Assembly (NCBI RefSeq): GCF_028641065.1
Contig: NW_026576313.1
Span: forward strand, 62,001-121,914
DNA length: 59,914 nucleotides
DNA from: Leucoraja erinacea
Lineage: Eukaryota
Direction: 5' to 3'
Part shown: positions 11,913 through 24,129 of the stretch, in pieces
How the letters are laid out: every line of letters starts with the position of its first letter
How positions within the stretch are numbered: the stretch's first letter is position 1
Notes under the pieces: generated by a model
What the model saw: the letters and a program-made list of their open reading frames with translations, nothing else
What the model was told of the DNA's origin: nothing
Databases searched by the model: none
Made by a program: the position numbers and the translations under genes

Positions 11913-12195
11913 GCGGCACGGTGGTGCAGCGGTAGGATTGCTGCTTTACGGCGCAAGGGACCAGGGTTCCATCCTGACCACTCTGTCTGTACGGAGTTTG
12001 TACATTTCCCGTGTGATCGCATGTATTTTCTCCGGGTGCTCTGGTTTCCTCTCGGAACCCAAACACGTGCAGGTTAATTGGCTTCTGTAAATTGGTTCTA
12101 GTGTCTCGGATAGAACTACTGTGAACCGGTGATCGCTGGACGGCGAGGACTCGGTGGGCCGAACGTCCCGTTCCCAAGCTGCATCTCTAAACTAA
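11913..12195 (+). mobile_element. Full-length HE1-like V-SINE
   Basis: A box TGGTGCAGCGG, B box GGTTCCATCC, V-domain-like CCGGGTGCTCTGGTTTCCTC, CR1-like tail ending CATCTCTAAACTAAG. Confidence 0.85.
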
Positions 12196-14580
12196 GCTTC
12201 CTGCAAGACCAATAACGGGTAGTAAAGTCATTTTAATTTCGTCTTTTCTACAGCTAACGTGGTGGCAATCGTCATTCTCGTCCGAGGAAAGTGCGGTCTC
12301 TCCAAATGTATCACCCTTCACCTGGTATATATGGCCGTGGTTGATTTAATGGTTCTGATCTTCGAGGTAATTCTCTACGAGATTAAAGATAGCTATTTCC
12401 CCAATTAATTTCTGAACTTAACTCCTGTTTGTAGCGTCAACTTGACCATGATTTTTATGTCCATTGATTGCTCTGTCTGGCTAACGGTAACTTTCACCTT
12501 TGATCGATTTGTTGCTATTTGTTGTCCAAAGTTACGAGGAAGGTATTGCACTGGGAAAACTGCGAGTTTGGTGATAGCAGTGGTGTGTTCCCTGAGTGTT
12601 ATTGAAAATATCCCAATCTATTATATCTACACACCACGAGAAATCATTAACAACGTGGCTTGGTCATGTGGCGTAACCCCAGACTTCTACACCTCACCGT
12701 TACTGGTAGCATTTTGGTCGTTCGAAACTATTTTAACCCCATTTATACCATTCCCACTGATCATGCTCCTCAACGCCCTGACAATCAGACACATTATACA
12801 CGCCAACAGAGTGAGGAGCGGTCTCCGAGCGAACAAGAAGGAGGAGAGCAGCGCAGATCAGGAGGTGGATAATAGAAGGAAGTCCATCATTCTATTGCTG
12901 GCCGTATCCGGCAGCTTCGTGCTACTGTGGATGGTAACATTCGTGTGCTTCATCAGTGTACGATTTATAGACGTGCAGCTTTTAGCAACAGATTACGACG
13001 ACCCATTTACCGTGGCAGAACAGTCCGGATACATGCTGAGGTGTCTGAGTGCTTGCACCAACACGTTTATTTACGCCGTGTCACAGACGAAATTCAGGGA
13101 AGAATTAAAAACCCTGTTTAGGGGTCCTTGCGGGTTCTTGTCTAATTCACTAAAGCACTTTTAATTTATCAGTGAAACCACAATTCATTTCAAAGTGACG
13201 TTATATTCGTGTTATTTTATTATATCCTACATCCCCATCCTCCTTCCTTTTCACCAGCTGGTCAAGGTCTTACTGTAATTCATGATCCCATTTCTACTGT
13301 GTGGGTTAACACGTCGTTTAACTTCATTGTGTATATGTATAAGGAGCTGATAGTTGAATATTGTATTCAGCATTGTTGCCAATAATGTGTCCTCCTGATC
13401 TGTTCGACACTTAAAGCCGATTTAATGGAAATTCGCTGTGCACTACACTGTGCATGTAAGCGCCCTTCCCTCCAAAAATCTGCCACCCTCTTTTAGCCCA
13501 TCTACACTAATCTTAGTTTCCCATTTTGGTGGTTCACACAATTAACCGGTGATAGGGTCGTAAAGTCATACATTTCTGTATGCCTTTACGACCCTTTCAT
13601 TTGTGTCGTCTATGGAAATCCCACAAAGATTACTTTCATGAGAGGGGAACTGATTTACATCAGACATTCGGTTCTTCCAAACATTGTTCCGAATTTCTCT
13701 GACTCGCTGTATTATTTAGACATTCTAGTCAGCGGATGTGTCCAATGCCTTGAGATGTAGGAGGCTCTCCTTCTTTGTCTTTGGTGGACCTTTCTTTTTT
13801 CCTTGAAGATGAAGCTCATACTCTCATGGTGGAAGCATGCATTTTTATAATAATTTTATATGTCAGAACAACAGGTGATTCTATGTCAAACTAGCTATAT
13901 CCTTTATTAACATGATGGCGTAGTTTGCAGTCAAATAGTCATACAATTCGTCCCAACTGTCTACAACCCGCCAATATGTCCCAGCTATATTATTCCCAGG
14001 GCGGAGTTAGATGAAGAGAGGCCCTAAGCTATTTCACTTGTGACTCACGACTAGAGGACCATGACTACCCAACAGTGACAGTGTAACCCTTTTAGATCCT
14101 ACTGTATGTAGTCATTAAACAGTTGGCTTTAAAATACATATTTTATTCACCGCGGAGCAGGCGATACCTTACCTGGATCGCTGTTTGAAGCTCTGGAGTG
14201 TTGGGCCTGCTGCTTCAACATCATGGAGCTGTGGTTTGCGGAGCTCCCAGCCTCGGGCCGCGCTGATTTCAACATCGTGGAGCCCTGGGATACCTTTGCC
14301 GAGGGCCGCTAGCGTGATTCTCCACCCAGCTAAGCCAGGAGGCGAGTTCTCCGGTAGGAAGTGGCCGATTCGGAAGTTCAAGCCGCTGAAAATGTTCTCC
14401 TGTTCCGTTGTCGGATGGTGACCCCAAATTTCATTGTACCAATTGGTGCATGTGACAATAAGTGTCACTTGAATTGAATGTGGAATATTAATAAATAAAT
14501 AAATTGCAAATACACTAAGAGCTATAATGTTTTTTTCTCGCCTTGTTCATAGCAAAATCATCCAGAGGTTCACCAAGGAG

Positions 14581-15502
14581 ATGTCAGGCAAGCTGATTCA
14601 GTGTGGTGCTTGCAGTATGTGGGAGGTCAAGGACATTGCTGGTGCCTCTGGCTGCTACAAATATGTTAAGTGCATCCAGGTACAACTCCTGGAGGACCGT
14701 GTTGGGAAATTGGAGAAGCAAGTGGATGACCTCAGGTTCGTCCGAGATTCTGAGTCGTTCCTCGACAAATCCTACAGTAAGATTGTTTCGCCTAAGGTAC
14801 TGGAAGAGAGAAGGTGGGTGACGGTGAGAAAGGGAGGGAAGCATGGAATGCAAACGTCCCCGGGTCTTGTACCTCTTGTGAATAGGTTAACCCACTTAGA
14901 AACTGTCGGGTCAGAAGACGTTATTACACTGAGCGGCGGACTGGCTTGCGAAGCAAAAAGGGCTGTTGAGCCAAAACCAAAGAGGCCAATGTCAGGCAAC
15001 GCCATTGTAGTGGGAGACTCCATTGTGAGAGGTACGGACAGTGGTTTATGCGGCAATAGACGGGATTCGAGGATGGTGTGCTACCTTCCTGGTGCCAGGA
15101 TTCAGGGTGTCACGGACAGAGTGCAGAAAATCCTCAAGGGCGAATGTGAACAGCCTGAGGTGGTAGTGCATGTCGGCACAAACGATGTCGGAAAGAAGGT
15201 GATGACTATGCTGCAGCGTGACATCAGAGAGCTCGGAAAAATGCTGAAAAGCAGGACCTCCAGTGTTGTTATCTCCGGTTTGCTTCCAGTCCCTCGTGCT
15301 GGCGAGAGCAGGAACAGGGAGATACGGAACCTAAAGGTGTGGCTGAGGAACTGGTGCACGGGGCAGGGAGTTAGATGCTTAGATCACTGGGATCTGTTTT
15401 GGAGTAAGGGGGAACTGTACAAAAGGTACGGATTGAATCTTCACAGGTGGGGGACAAGCATTCTGGCAGCCGTGTTTGCCATTGCTACACGGGTGATATT
15501 AA
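14581..15502 (+). CDS. CR1 ORF1p: zinc finger/leucine zipper plus SGNH esterase domain (last codons displaced to ~18510-18519 by an insertion)
   Basis: CGAC..YVKC finger remnant, heptad LEDRVGKLEKQVDDL, SGNH blocks VVGDSIVRG, LPGA and HVGTND; catalytic DGLH decayed to YGLN. Confidence 0.85.
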
Positions 15503-18500
15503 CCATATAACCATATAACCATATAACAATTACAGCACGGAAACAGGCCACCTCGACCCTTCTAGTCCGTGCCGAACACGTATTCCCCCCTAGTCCCATA
15601 TACCTGCGCTCAGACCATAACCCTCCATTCCTTACCCGTCCATATTACAATTTATATTTAAATGATAAAAACGAACCTGCCTCCACCACCTTCACTGGAA
15701 GCTCATTCCACACAGCCACCACTCTTTGAGTAAAGAAGTTCCCCCTCAGGCAACCCCTAAACTTCTGTCCCTTAATTCTCAAGTCATGTCCCCTTGTTTG
15801 AATCTTCCCTACTCTCAGTGGGAAAAGCTTATCCACGTCAACTCTGTATATCCCTCTAATCATTTTAAAGACCTCTATCAAGTACCCCTTCAACCTTCTG
15901 CGCTCAAAGAATAAAGACATAACTTGTTCAACCTTTCTCTGTAACTTAGTTGCTGAAACCCAGGCAGCATTCTAGTAAATCTCCTCTGTACTCTCTCTAT
16001 TTTGTTGACATCCTTCCTATAATTAGGCGACCAAAATTGTACACCATACTCCAGAATTGGCCTTACATCCCAATTTCTATTTTCAATGCTCAGATTAATA
16101 AAGGCCAGCACACCAAAAGCTTTCTTTACCACCCTATCTACATGAGATTCCACTTTTAGGGAACTGTGCACAGTTATTCCCAGATCCCTCTGTTCACCTG
16201 CATTCTTCAATTCCCTATCATTTACCTTGTACGTCCTCTTTTGATTTGGTCTGCCAAGATGTCGCACCTCACACTTATCAGCATTAAACTCCATCTGCCA
16301 TCTTTCAGCCCACTCTTCCAACTGGCATAAATCTCTCTATAGTCTTTGAAAATCTACTTCATTATCCACAACCCCACCTATCTTAGTATCATCTGCATAC
16401 TTACGAATCAAATTTACCACACCATCATCTAGATCATTCATGTACATGACAAACAACAGTGGACCCAAAAGAGTTCCTGTGGCACCTCACCAGTCACTGG
16501 CCGCCAACCTGACAAACAACCATCCGCCATTACGCTCTGGCATCTCCCATTCAGCCCCTGTTGAATCCATCCTGCTACTCCACCATTAATACCCAACAAT
16601 TGAACCTTCTTAACCAACCTTGCATGAGGAAGCTTGTCAAAGGCCTTACTGAAGTCCATATATACAACATCCACTGCTTTACCCTCATCAATTTCCCGAG
16701 TAACCTCTTCAAAAAATTCAAGAAGATTAGTCAAACATGACCTTCCAGGCACAAATCCATGTTGACTGTTCCTAATCAGACCCTGTTTATCCAGATGCTT
16801 ATATATATTATCTCTAAGTATCCTTTCCATTAATTTGCCCACCACTGACGTCAAACTAACAGGTCTATAAATGCTAGGTTTACTTTAGACCCCTTTTTAA
16901 ACAATGGAACAACATGCGCAGTACGCCAATCCTATGGCACTATTCCCGTTTCTAATGACATTTGAAATATTTCTGTCATAGCCCCTGCTATTTCTACACT
17001 AACTTCCCTCAATGTCCTAGGGAATATCCTGTCCGGACCTGGAGACTTATCCACTTTTATATTTCTCAAAATGTCAGTACTTCCTCTTCTTTGATCCTCA
17101 TAGTTTCCATAGCTACTCTACTTGTTTCCCTTACCTCACATAATCCAATGTCCTTCTCCTTGGTGAATACCGAAGAAAATAAATTGTTCAATATCTCCCC
17201 CATCTCTTTTGGCTCTGCAGATAGTTGTCCACTCTGACTCTCTAATGGACCAACTTCATCCCTCGTTATCCTTTTGCTATTAATATAGCTGTAGAAACCC
17301 TTTGGATTTACTTTCACCTTACTTGCCAAGGCAATCTTCTTTTAGCTTTTCTAATTTCTTTCTTAAGATTCTTTTTACATTCTTTATACTTCTCAAACAC
17401 CTCATTTACTCCATGCTGCCTATAATTACTGTAGATCTCTCTCTTTTTCCGAACCAAGTATCCGATTTCCCTTGAAAACCATGGCTCTTTCCAATTTTTA
17501 CTATTTCCTTTCAACCGAAAAGGGACATACGATTCTGTACTCTTAAAATTTCACCTTTATATGTCTTCCATTTCTCTGCCCCATCTTTCCCATGAAACAA
17601 ACGGTCTCAATTTACTCCTTTTAAATCCTTTCGCATCTCCTCAAAGTTAGCCTTTCTCCAAACAAAAATCTCAACCCTAGGTCCAGTTCTGACCCTCGCC
17701 ATAATTATATTGAAACTAATGGTATTGTGATCACTGGTTCCGAACTGTTACCCAACGCATACCTCTGCCACCTGACCCATCTCATTTCCTAACAGGAGAT
17801 ACAGCACCGCCCCTTCTCTAGTAGGTATTTCTATGTATTGCTGCAAAAAACTATCCTGCACACATTTTACAACTTCCAACCCATGTAGCCCATTTACAGA
17901 ATGTGTTTCCCAGTCTATGTGTGGAAAATTGAAATCTCCCAAAATCACTACCTTGTGCTTACTACTAATATCTGCAATCTCCTTACATATTTGCTTTTCC
18001 AATTGTCGCTCCCCATTTGGCGGTCTATAATGCACCCGTGTAAGTGTTGCTACCCCTTTTCTATTCCTCAGTTCCACCCAAATAGCCTCCCTAGACGAGT
18101 CCTCTCATCTATCCTGCCTAAGCACTGCTGTAATATCTTCCCCTGATAAGCAATGCAACATCCCCACCTCTTGCCCCTCCAATTCTATCACACCTGAAGC
18201 AACGAAATCCTGCAATATTTTGTTTCCAATCACAGCCCTCCTGCAACCATGTTTCACTGATCGCCACAACTTCATACTTCCAGGTGTCAATCCAGGCTCT
18301 AAGTTCATCCACCTTTCTTACAATGCTCCTAGCATTAAAATATACACAATTAAGAAACCCACCCTCTCTTATTCTCTCTTTATTGACTTCTCTCTCTTCT
18401 CTCTCTCCCCTATATTTTTGTGCCAGTGCTGAAGAGAATCTAGACTAGAGCCTCCGAAATTCGAGTCCCCCCAACCATACTAGTTAAAGTCTCCCAGTAG

Positions 18501-18510
18501 CCTTTGCAAA
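15503..18510 (-). mobile_element. CR1 LINE (family B, (TTATATGG)n tail) with near-complete frameshifted ORF2
   Basis: Minus-strand ORFs give endonuclease (VAISETWL, YRPP, GDFNFPHIDW), RT (QHGFVPGRSCLTNL, YMDFSKAFD) and C-terminus; ATTAA TSD at 15498-15502 / 18510-18514. Confidence 0.93.
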
Positions 18511-20410
18511 TTAAAATGAATAAGGGCGGTTGGGGAGATTTGAAAAGAAATGGGATAGTCGAGGAAGGAAAGTTGCAGGCGAGAGGACAGAGGGGGGTAA
18601 AATGAGGCCAAAAGCAAGAAAGAAGCAAAGATAGCAAGTGTGAAAAAGCAAAAGAAGAAGTTTTACAAGAGGCAGGCAGCAGGAAGAAGACAAAGCAAAA
18701 TAGTTATTGTCTTAAGGTAGCAAGAGAGGTTTAAAAAATCAAAGAAGGAAAGAAAGCCTCTTTTCAACATAATTGTATGTCCTAAAAGGGAAGACCGGGG
18801 AGTGTTGTACAAAACAAGTCTGGAAGGCTTTGTGTTCAATGCAAGGAGCATGCGTGAATAAGGTGGATGAGTTGAATGTGCAGATAGCTATTAATGAATA
18901 CGATATAGTTGGGATCACGGAGACATGGCTCCAGGGTGAACAAGGCTGGGAGCTGAAACATCGAGGGATATTCAATATTCATGAGGGATAGACAGAAAGG
19001 AAAAGGAGGTGGAGTACCGTTGCTGGTTGGAGAGGTAAAGATTAACGCAATAGAAATGAAGGACCTTAGTTTTGGAGGATGGATGGAATCGATAGGGTAG
19101 ATAGAGCAGCGAAAACACTCTCAATGGGCAGCCCCAGCATTCGTTAAAAACGCTATTGTTCAGTTGTTTACAGGGAAACGGGCCCCTAACAGTAGTAGGG
19201 AGTTGGGGTGGCATCAAACAGGAAAATTAGCTGAAAATCCAGCGCGATTGTGCAACAAAGGTAAAACAGAGGAAAAAATAATGGGTGTAGATTGATGTGA
19301 AATCAGGATTTGTATAATTTGTGGATGGAATATGAATTAAGATTGACAAAGAAATGAAAGGGTAATCAATTGGACTGGAGGGAGAGAGGAATTGGGTTTG
19401 AATGTACATGCGGGATAATTTTCTAAACACCTGTATAGGGAACAAGATTCAGAAGCAGGCTATTCTAGCCTGGGTCAGTTGTGTAATGTGACGAGTTAAG
19501 AGGTAGTTAGCAGTATGTGTGGCCGAGTAGTGGCCCTTGAGCATGAAAGGAGAGTGAGGCATAATATGGTCAATGTGAGCTTCTTAGGATGGAAAGTAAC
19601 AATGTTAATGTTTATCTGGCTTCAGGAAACTCTGGCATCGCGTTCTTGAGCCGGAGGTAACGTTGAGGACTCTTGTCCCTAGAACCTGTGAATGTGGCCA
19701 TAAGCCCGTACCGGTTAGTTTTTGGGATGTTTCGAAGGAAGAAAGTAACTGGTACGTTCACCTTAATTGATTTCAGAGAAAGGGTAGACGGATGGATTAG
19801 AAGGACATTTGCAATGGAAGGCATTTTAAGATTGCCTATGGATTTCAACTGCACGGAAAACAATTGTTCATCCCAGTATTGTTGGCAACCCAATAATGTA
19901 AATCACGTGGAAGGTAGGTGCATCCGTAGATAACAAGGACAGAAAAAATCAAAACAAAAGATGGCTTGACGCGTAACTGGTGAGCACAAAGTCCCAGCCA
20001 GTCCTTCGCAAGAATTGGGAGTCGACAAGCTACCAGAGGAGAAATGCGACCAGATTCCTCTGTCCAGTCCAGCAGAGGAGGACAAACAGGCTTAATTAGG
20101 AAGGGGACGGGAAAGAGCGAAGGAATAGGATTAAGAAAGTAAACTGGCAGGGAATATAAAAACTGACTGCAAAAGATTTTATAGATATGTGAAGAGAAAA
20201 AGATTAGTTAAAACAAATGTAGGTCCCTTGCAGTCAGAAAAGGGGGAATTGATCATGGGGATGTGGATAGAGAACTGGCTGGCAGACATGAAGCAAAGAA
20301 AGTAGGAGTAGTAAACAGGGTAATTTTCACCATGGCAGAGCAGTGACTAGTGGGTGGCGGTACCGCAAGGCTCAGTGCTGGACCACCAGCTATTTACAAT
20401 ATATATTAAA

Positions 20411-21052
20411 CATATAACCATATAACCATATAACAATACAGCACGGAAACAGGCCATCTCGACCCTTCTAGTCCGTGCCGAAACACATAATCTCCCCTAG
20501 TCCCATATACCTGCGCTCAGACCATAACCCTCCATTCCCTTCCCATTCCATATAACTATCCAATTCATTTTTAAATGATAAAAACGAACCTGCCTCCACC
20601 ACCTTCACTGGGAAGCTCATTCCACACAGCTACCACTCTCTGAGTAAAGAAGTTCCCCCTCATGTTACCCCTAAACTTCAGTCCCTTAATTCTCATGTCA
20701 TGTCCCCTTGTTTGAATCTTCCCTACTCTCAGTGGGAAAAGCTTTTCCACGTCAACTCTGTCTATCCCTCTCATCATTTTAAAAACCTCTATCAAGTCCC
20801 CCCTTAACCTTCTGCGCTCTAAAGAATAAAGCCCTAACTTGTTCAACCTTTCTCTGTAACTTAGTTGCTGAAACCCAGGCAACATTCTAGTAAATCTCCT
20901 CTGTACTCTCTCTATTTTGTTGACATCCTTCCTATAATTAGGCGACCAAAATTGTACACCATACTCCAGAATTGACCATACTCCATGAGATTCCACTTTC
21001 AGGGAACTGTGCACAGTTATTCCCAGATCCCTTTGTTCACCTACATTCTTCA
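20411..21052 (-). mobile_element. 5'-truncated CR1 family B nested in the family A copy
   Basis: CATATAAC tail at 20411; QRDLGITVH..RRLRGDLIEVFK in ORF 20571-21173. Confidence 0.88.
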
Positions 21053-22869
21053 AAATGATTTGAGTATAGAGCAGGGAGGGTCTACTGCAGTTGTACAGGG
21101 TCTTGGTGAGACCACACCTGGAGTATTGCGTACAGTTTTGGTCTCCTAAACCGAGGAAAGACATTCTTGCCATAGAGGGAGAACAGAGACGGTTCGCCAG
21201 ACTGATTCCTGGGATGTCAGGACTTTCATATGAAGAAAGCCTGGATAGACTCGGTTTGTACTGGCTAGAATTTAGAAGATTGAGGGGGGATCTTATAGAA
21301 ACTTACAAAATCTTAAGGGGTTGGATAGGCTAGATGCAGGAAGATTGTTCCCGATGTTGGGGAAGTCCAGAACACAAGGTGTCACAGATTAAGGATAAGG
21401 GGGAAATCTTTTAGGACCGAGATGAGAAAAACATTTTTCACACAGAGAGTGGTGAATCTCTGGAATTCTCTGCCACAGAAGGTAGTTGAGACCAGTTCAT
21501 TGGCTATATTGAAGAGGGAGTTAGATGTGTCCCTTGTGGCTAAAGGGATCAGGGGGTATGGAGATATGGCAGGTACAGGATACTGAGTTGGATGATAAGC
21601 CATGGTCATATTGAATGACGGTGCAGGCTCTAAGGGCCAAATGGCCTACTCCTGCACCTATTTTCTATGTTCTATGCTTTCTAATATCTGTTTGTCTAAG
21701 TTTGTCACTCCCAATGCACAGAATGCTCATTGCAGACAAACTCTCTTGAGACATTGTGGACCTTAATTCATTTTTAATTCTTTTGTATCTTGAAAACTTG
21801 GTGACTAAATAGCTAAGAAACAGCCGCAAGATTGCTTCCACATTAGGGAAGGCCATCTGAATTGTTTGCTTGTATATTATTTGATAAAGGTCTGTATGGG
21901 ACACAGAGTGCTCTTCTGTATGCCTATGGCTTTGTCTCACATCGAGTGAAAGTGCAAAAGTTCATCAGTAAGTTTCAGGTCAACATCTTCTGGGTATGCT
22001 TCCATCAACAGTTCAACACCTTGCTGAATGGCTTGCTTAGATGCGGTCAGATCAGCAAGAAAGGAACACTGTTGTGCAACTTCACTATACACAGTACCTC
22101 TTCGTTTTAAATTGGTTTAAAGTGCATCTAGTATAGGAATAAAGGAAGGTATCCTAAACTTATCTCTTGAATAGAGTTTACCTAAAGCATCAGGACCAGG
22201 TGCACTTCCACCATTTCCTTGCCATTTTCTTACTCTTCGTCTCCCTGTGAGAGTTCTGTAGTTAACATCTGGCAAGGTGTTTATTGCTCAAGCTCATCAA
22301 AATCTTCTCTAATTTTGCTTACAAAATCATGAAGTGAACTGTACAAACTTGCACAAGTACTCAATAACGGTTTGGTTTTCTGAATGGCTGTATTTACCTT
22401 GTGGAAATGACCTAGCAGACGTGTCCAAAAATGCAGCATAAACACAAATTCTAGATCTTCCATTTTCTGCAAAAGATTGTAGTCTTGAAGCGTGGTATCA
22501 CCCTTTACATTAACTTCGGAATACAAATGACTGAGGGCATCAGCGCTGCAACTTTCCAAAATAATTTCTGCGGCTTTTGCATGTGCCTCCCACCTAGTGT
22601 CTGACAAATATTTAGTCACTTTTGATTGAGGTTTCTAAAAATGATTTTAGAACTGCCCATCTCTTTGCCAAGGATGAAAAGAAGGTATACATTTCATTAA
22701 TAATTCCAAAACAGTTCACTGCATCAAGGCAGCAAACAACAGCCGAGCGGCCCACCACATTTAATGAGTGAGCAGCGCATGGAATACATATTCCAAATTT
22801 GTTTTTTTTCGAAGATGTTTTGCTGCATACCCCTGTACCTATCAGCCATGATGGCAGCATTGTCATAAG

Positions 22870-23110
22870 ACTTCCCTCGGAAGAAGAGTTCGAAATCGCG
22901 GCGGGCGCGGATCTAATTGAGGTGGGGACGGAGGGGGACAAAGTTGAGGCCTCTGCTGCGGACAGACCGTTCGGTATCTGAGATGAGGAGGCCAGGGGGG
23001 ATGGTGAACACACGGCAGGGATGGGATTTGGGGCCAGAGGAAGGCAGGTGAGTGGACTGAGGCCGAGACGATGTCTGGTGGGGGGCTGGTGAGTGGGTAG
23101 GGGGTAGGGG
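22870..23110 (-). mobile_element. Penelope N-terminal fragment inside hAT copy 1
   Basis: Reverse complement reads VFTIP..SDTERSV.SRGLNFVP.., homologous to 27290-27420. Confidence 0.7.
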
Positions 23111-23219
23111 GTGGGGTATGAGGATTTTAATGTGGGTAGCGAAGAGCTAGGGTCACATGGTTTGAGGGGAATGGGGAAGAGACCCAGTGGAACAGCCACT
23201 GAGGTTACCAGGGTTGGGT

Positions 23220-23254
<35 letters not shown>

Positions 23255-23682
23255 GGGTAGCATTAGACCAAGCGCAGTCAAACTCATGGAAGTTGGAATC
23301 TGCAGCATGGAAACATCAGGCCCGGTGCTGAGTCCAGACTGCAGTTAAGGCGATGGCTGTGGGCTGCTGGAGGGCAGTGGAGTGGCGATGGTCAGCGGGC
23401 AAAGCGTGGGAGGTCCCGGTGGGCGGGAAACAGCCCCATCAAAGACTGTGTTAACTAAAGAAAGGACCATTCCGCTTATCGTAGCGGGTGGCTGCTCGTT
23501 TCCACCTACCCTTTACCCCGCCCGGAGCCTTATCTCTTCTCCCCTGAAGCAGGCAGGTAGGGCACAGTCGGAGCTGGTTCTGACATTATTAAACTTGCAG
23601 CCGCGCACCGATTCGAACACTCCTGACTGTTGAAAGGACAAGGCTCAGAACATACGAATATGTCAAACGTTTTATACACCGA

Positions 23683-23716
<34 letters not shown>

Positions 23717-24129
23717 TAGATCTCGAGGCCCTAAGCCTAAGATTGTCTAGCTGATACGTAAATCCGGCCCTGATTAGTCCCACCTGCCTGCGTTTGGTCC
23801 AAATTCCTCCTATCCATAGTTATGTGGCCTATCGGCCACTAAGCTCGTCCCGGGTGTCTCTGGGAAAGCAAAGCTTATCTTAGCGACCTCACAGGTGTCC
23901 TCATGATCTGTCCCAACTTGTTGATTTTACCCAAGCGTTCTTCGAAAACATCGACGTTCCATGAGCCGGGTTGAAAATGGGGTGTTGCTAATTCAACTGA
24001 CAACTAGACTTTAGCTCACATTCTTTTATTTAACCGTTACTTTACAGCCAGGAAGAATCTCTGCAGAAAAAAAGATGGGTGACATATCACTTTGGGTCCT
24101 TTCCTCAGCGACCCGAACCGGCACAAATT

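Larger units (their letters stand above)
8126..13164 (+). pseudogene. Two-exon GPR139/GPR142-like class A GPCR with one premature stop (exon 1 8126-8195, exon 2 12254-13164; 326 codons)
   Basis: Exon 1 MKQPVIIQVENIYYPILAIIGIP ends at g|gtaag; acceptor ttttctacag at 12253, phase 1 matches. Exon 2 reads ANVVAIVILVRGKCGLSKCIT..AVVDL..SVWLTVTFTFDRFVAICC..PF.LIMLLNALTIRHI..NRRKSIILL..SACTNTFIY. Single TAA at 12406-12408 (YFPN*FLN). Confidence 0.9.
14578..21683 (+). mobile_element. Long CR1 LINE (family A) nested in the hAT; ORF1 plus disrupted ORF2
   Basis: Inserted at the hAT site AGACAAACAGA|CTTGGTG, which is contiguous in copy 2 at ~41470-41487. ORF2 endonuclease start near 18830 (NARS..YDIVGITETWL); ORF2 C-terminus and tail at 21060-21683. 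Confidence 0.88.
13997..23772 (-). mobile_element. hAT DNA transposon copy 1 (internally deleted transposase, with nested LINEs)
   Basis: Termini CAGGGCGGAGTTAG.. (13997) and ..TAAATCCGGCCCTG (23772); flanks ATTATTCC / ATTAGTCC form an 8-bp TSD with 1 mismatch. Transposase remnants on the minus strand: IPCAAHSLNVVG, LSDTRWEAH, FPNVEAILRLFL, KRIKNELRSTMSQE. Confidence 0.92.

Noticed and set aside
11913-11985. tRNA gene
   Set aside because: The A/B boxes belong to a SINE head followed by the SINE core and LINE-like tail.
12442-13164. Intact 240-aa single-exon GPCR
   Set aside because: It lacks TM1-2, which lie upstream of the in-frame TAA and in exon 1.
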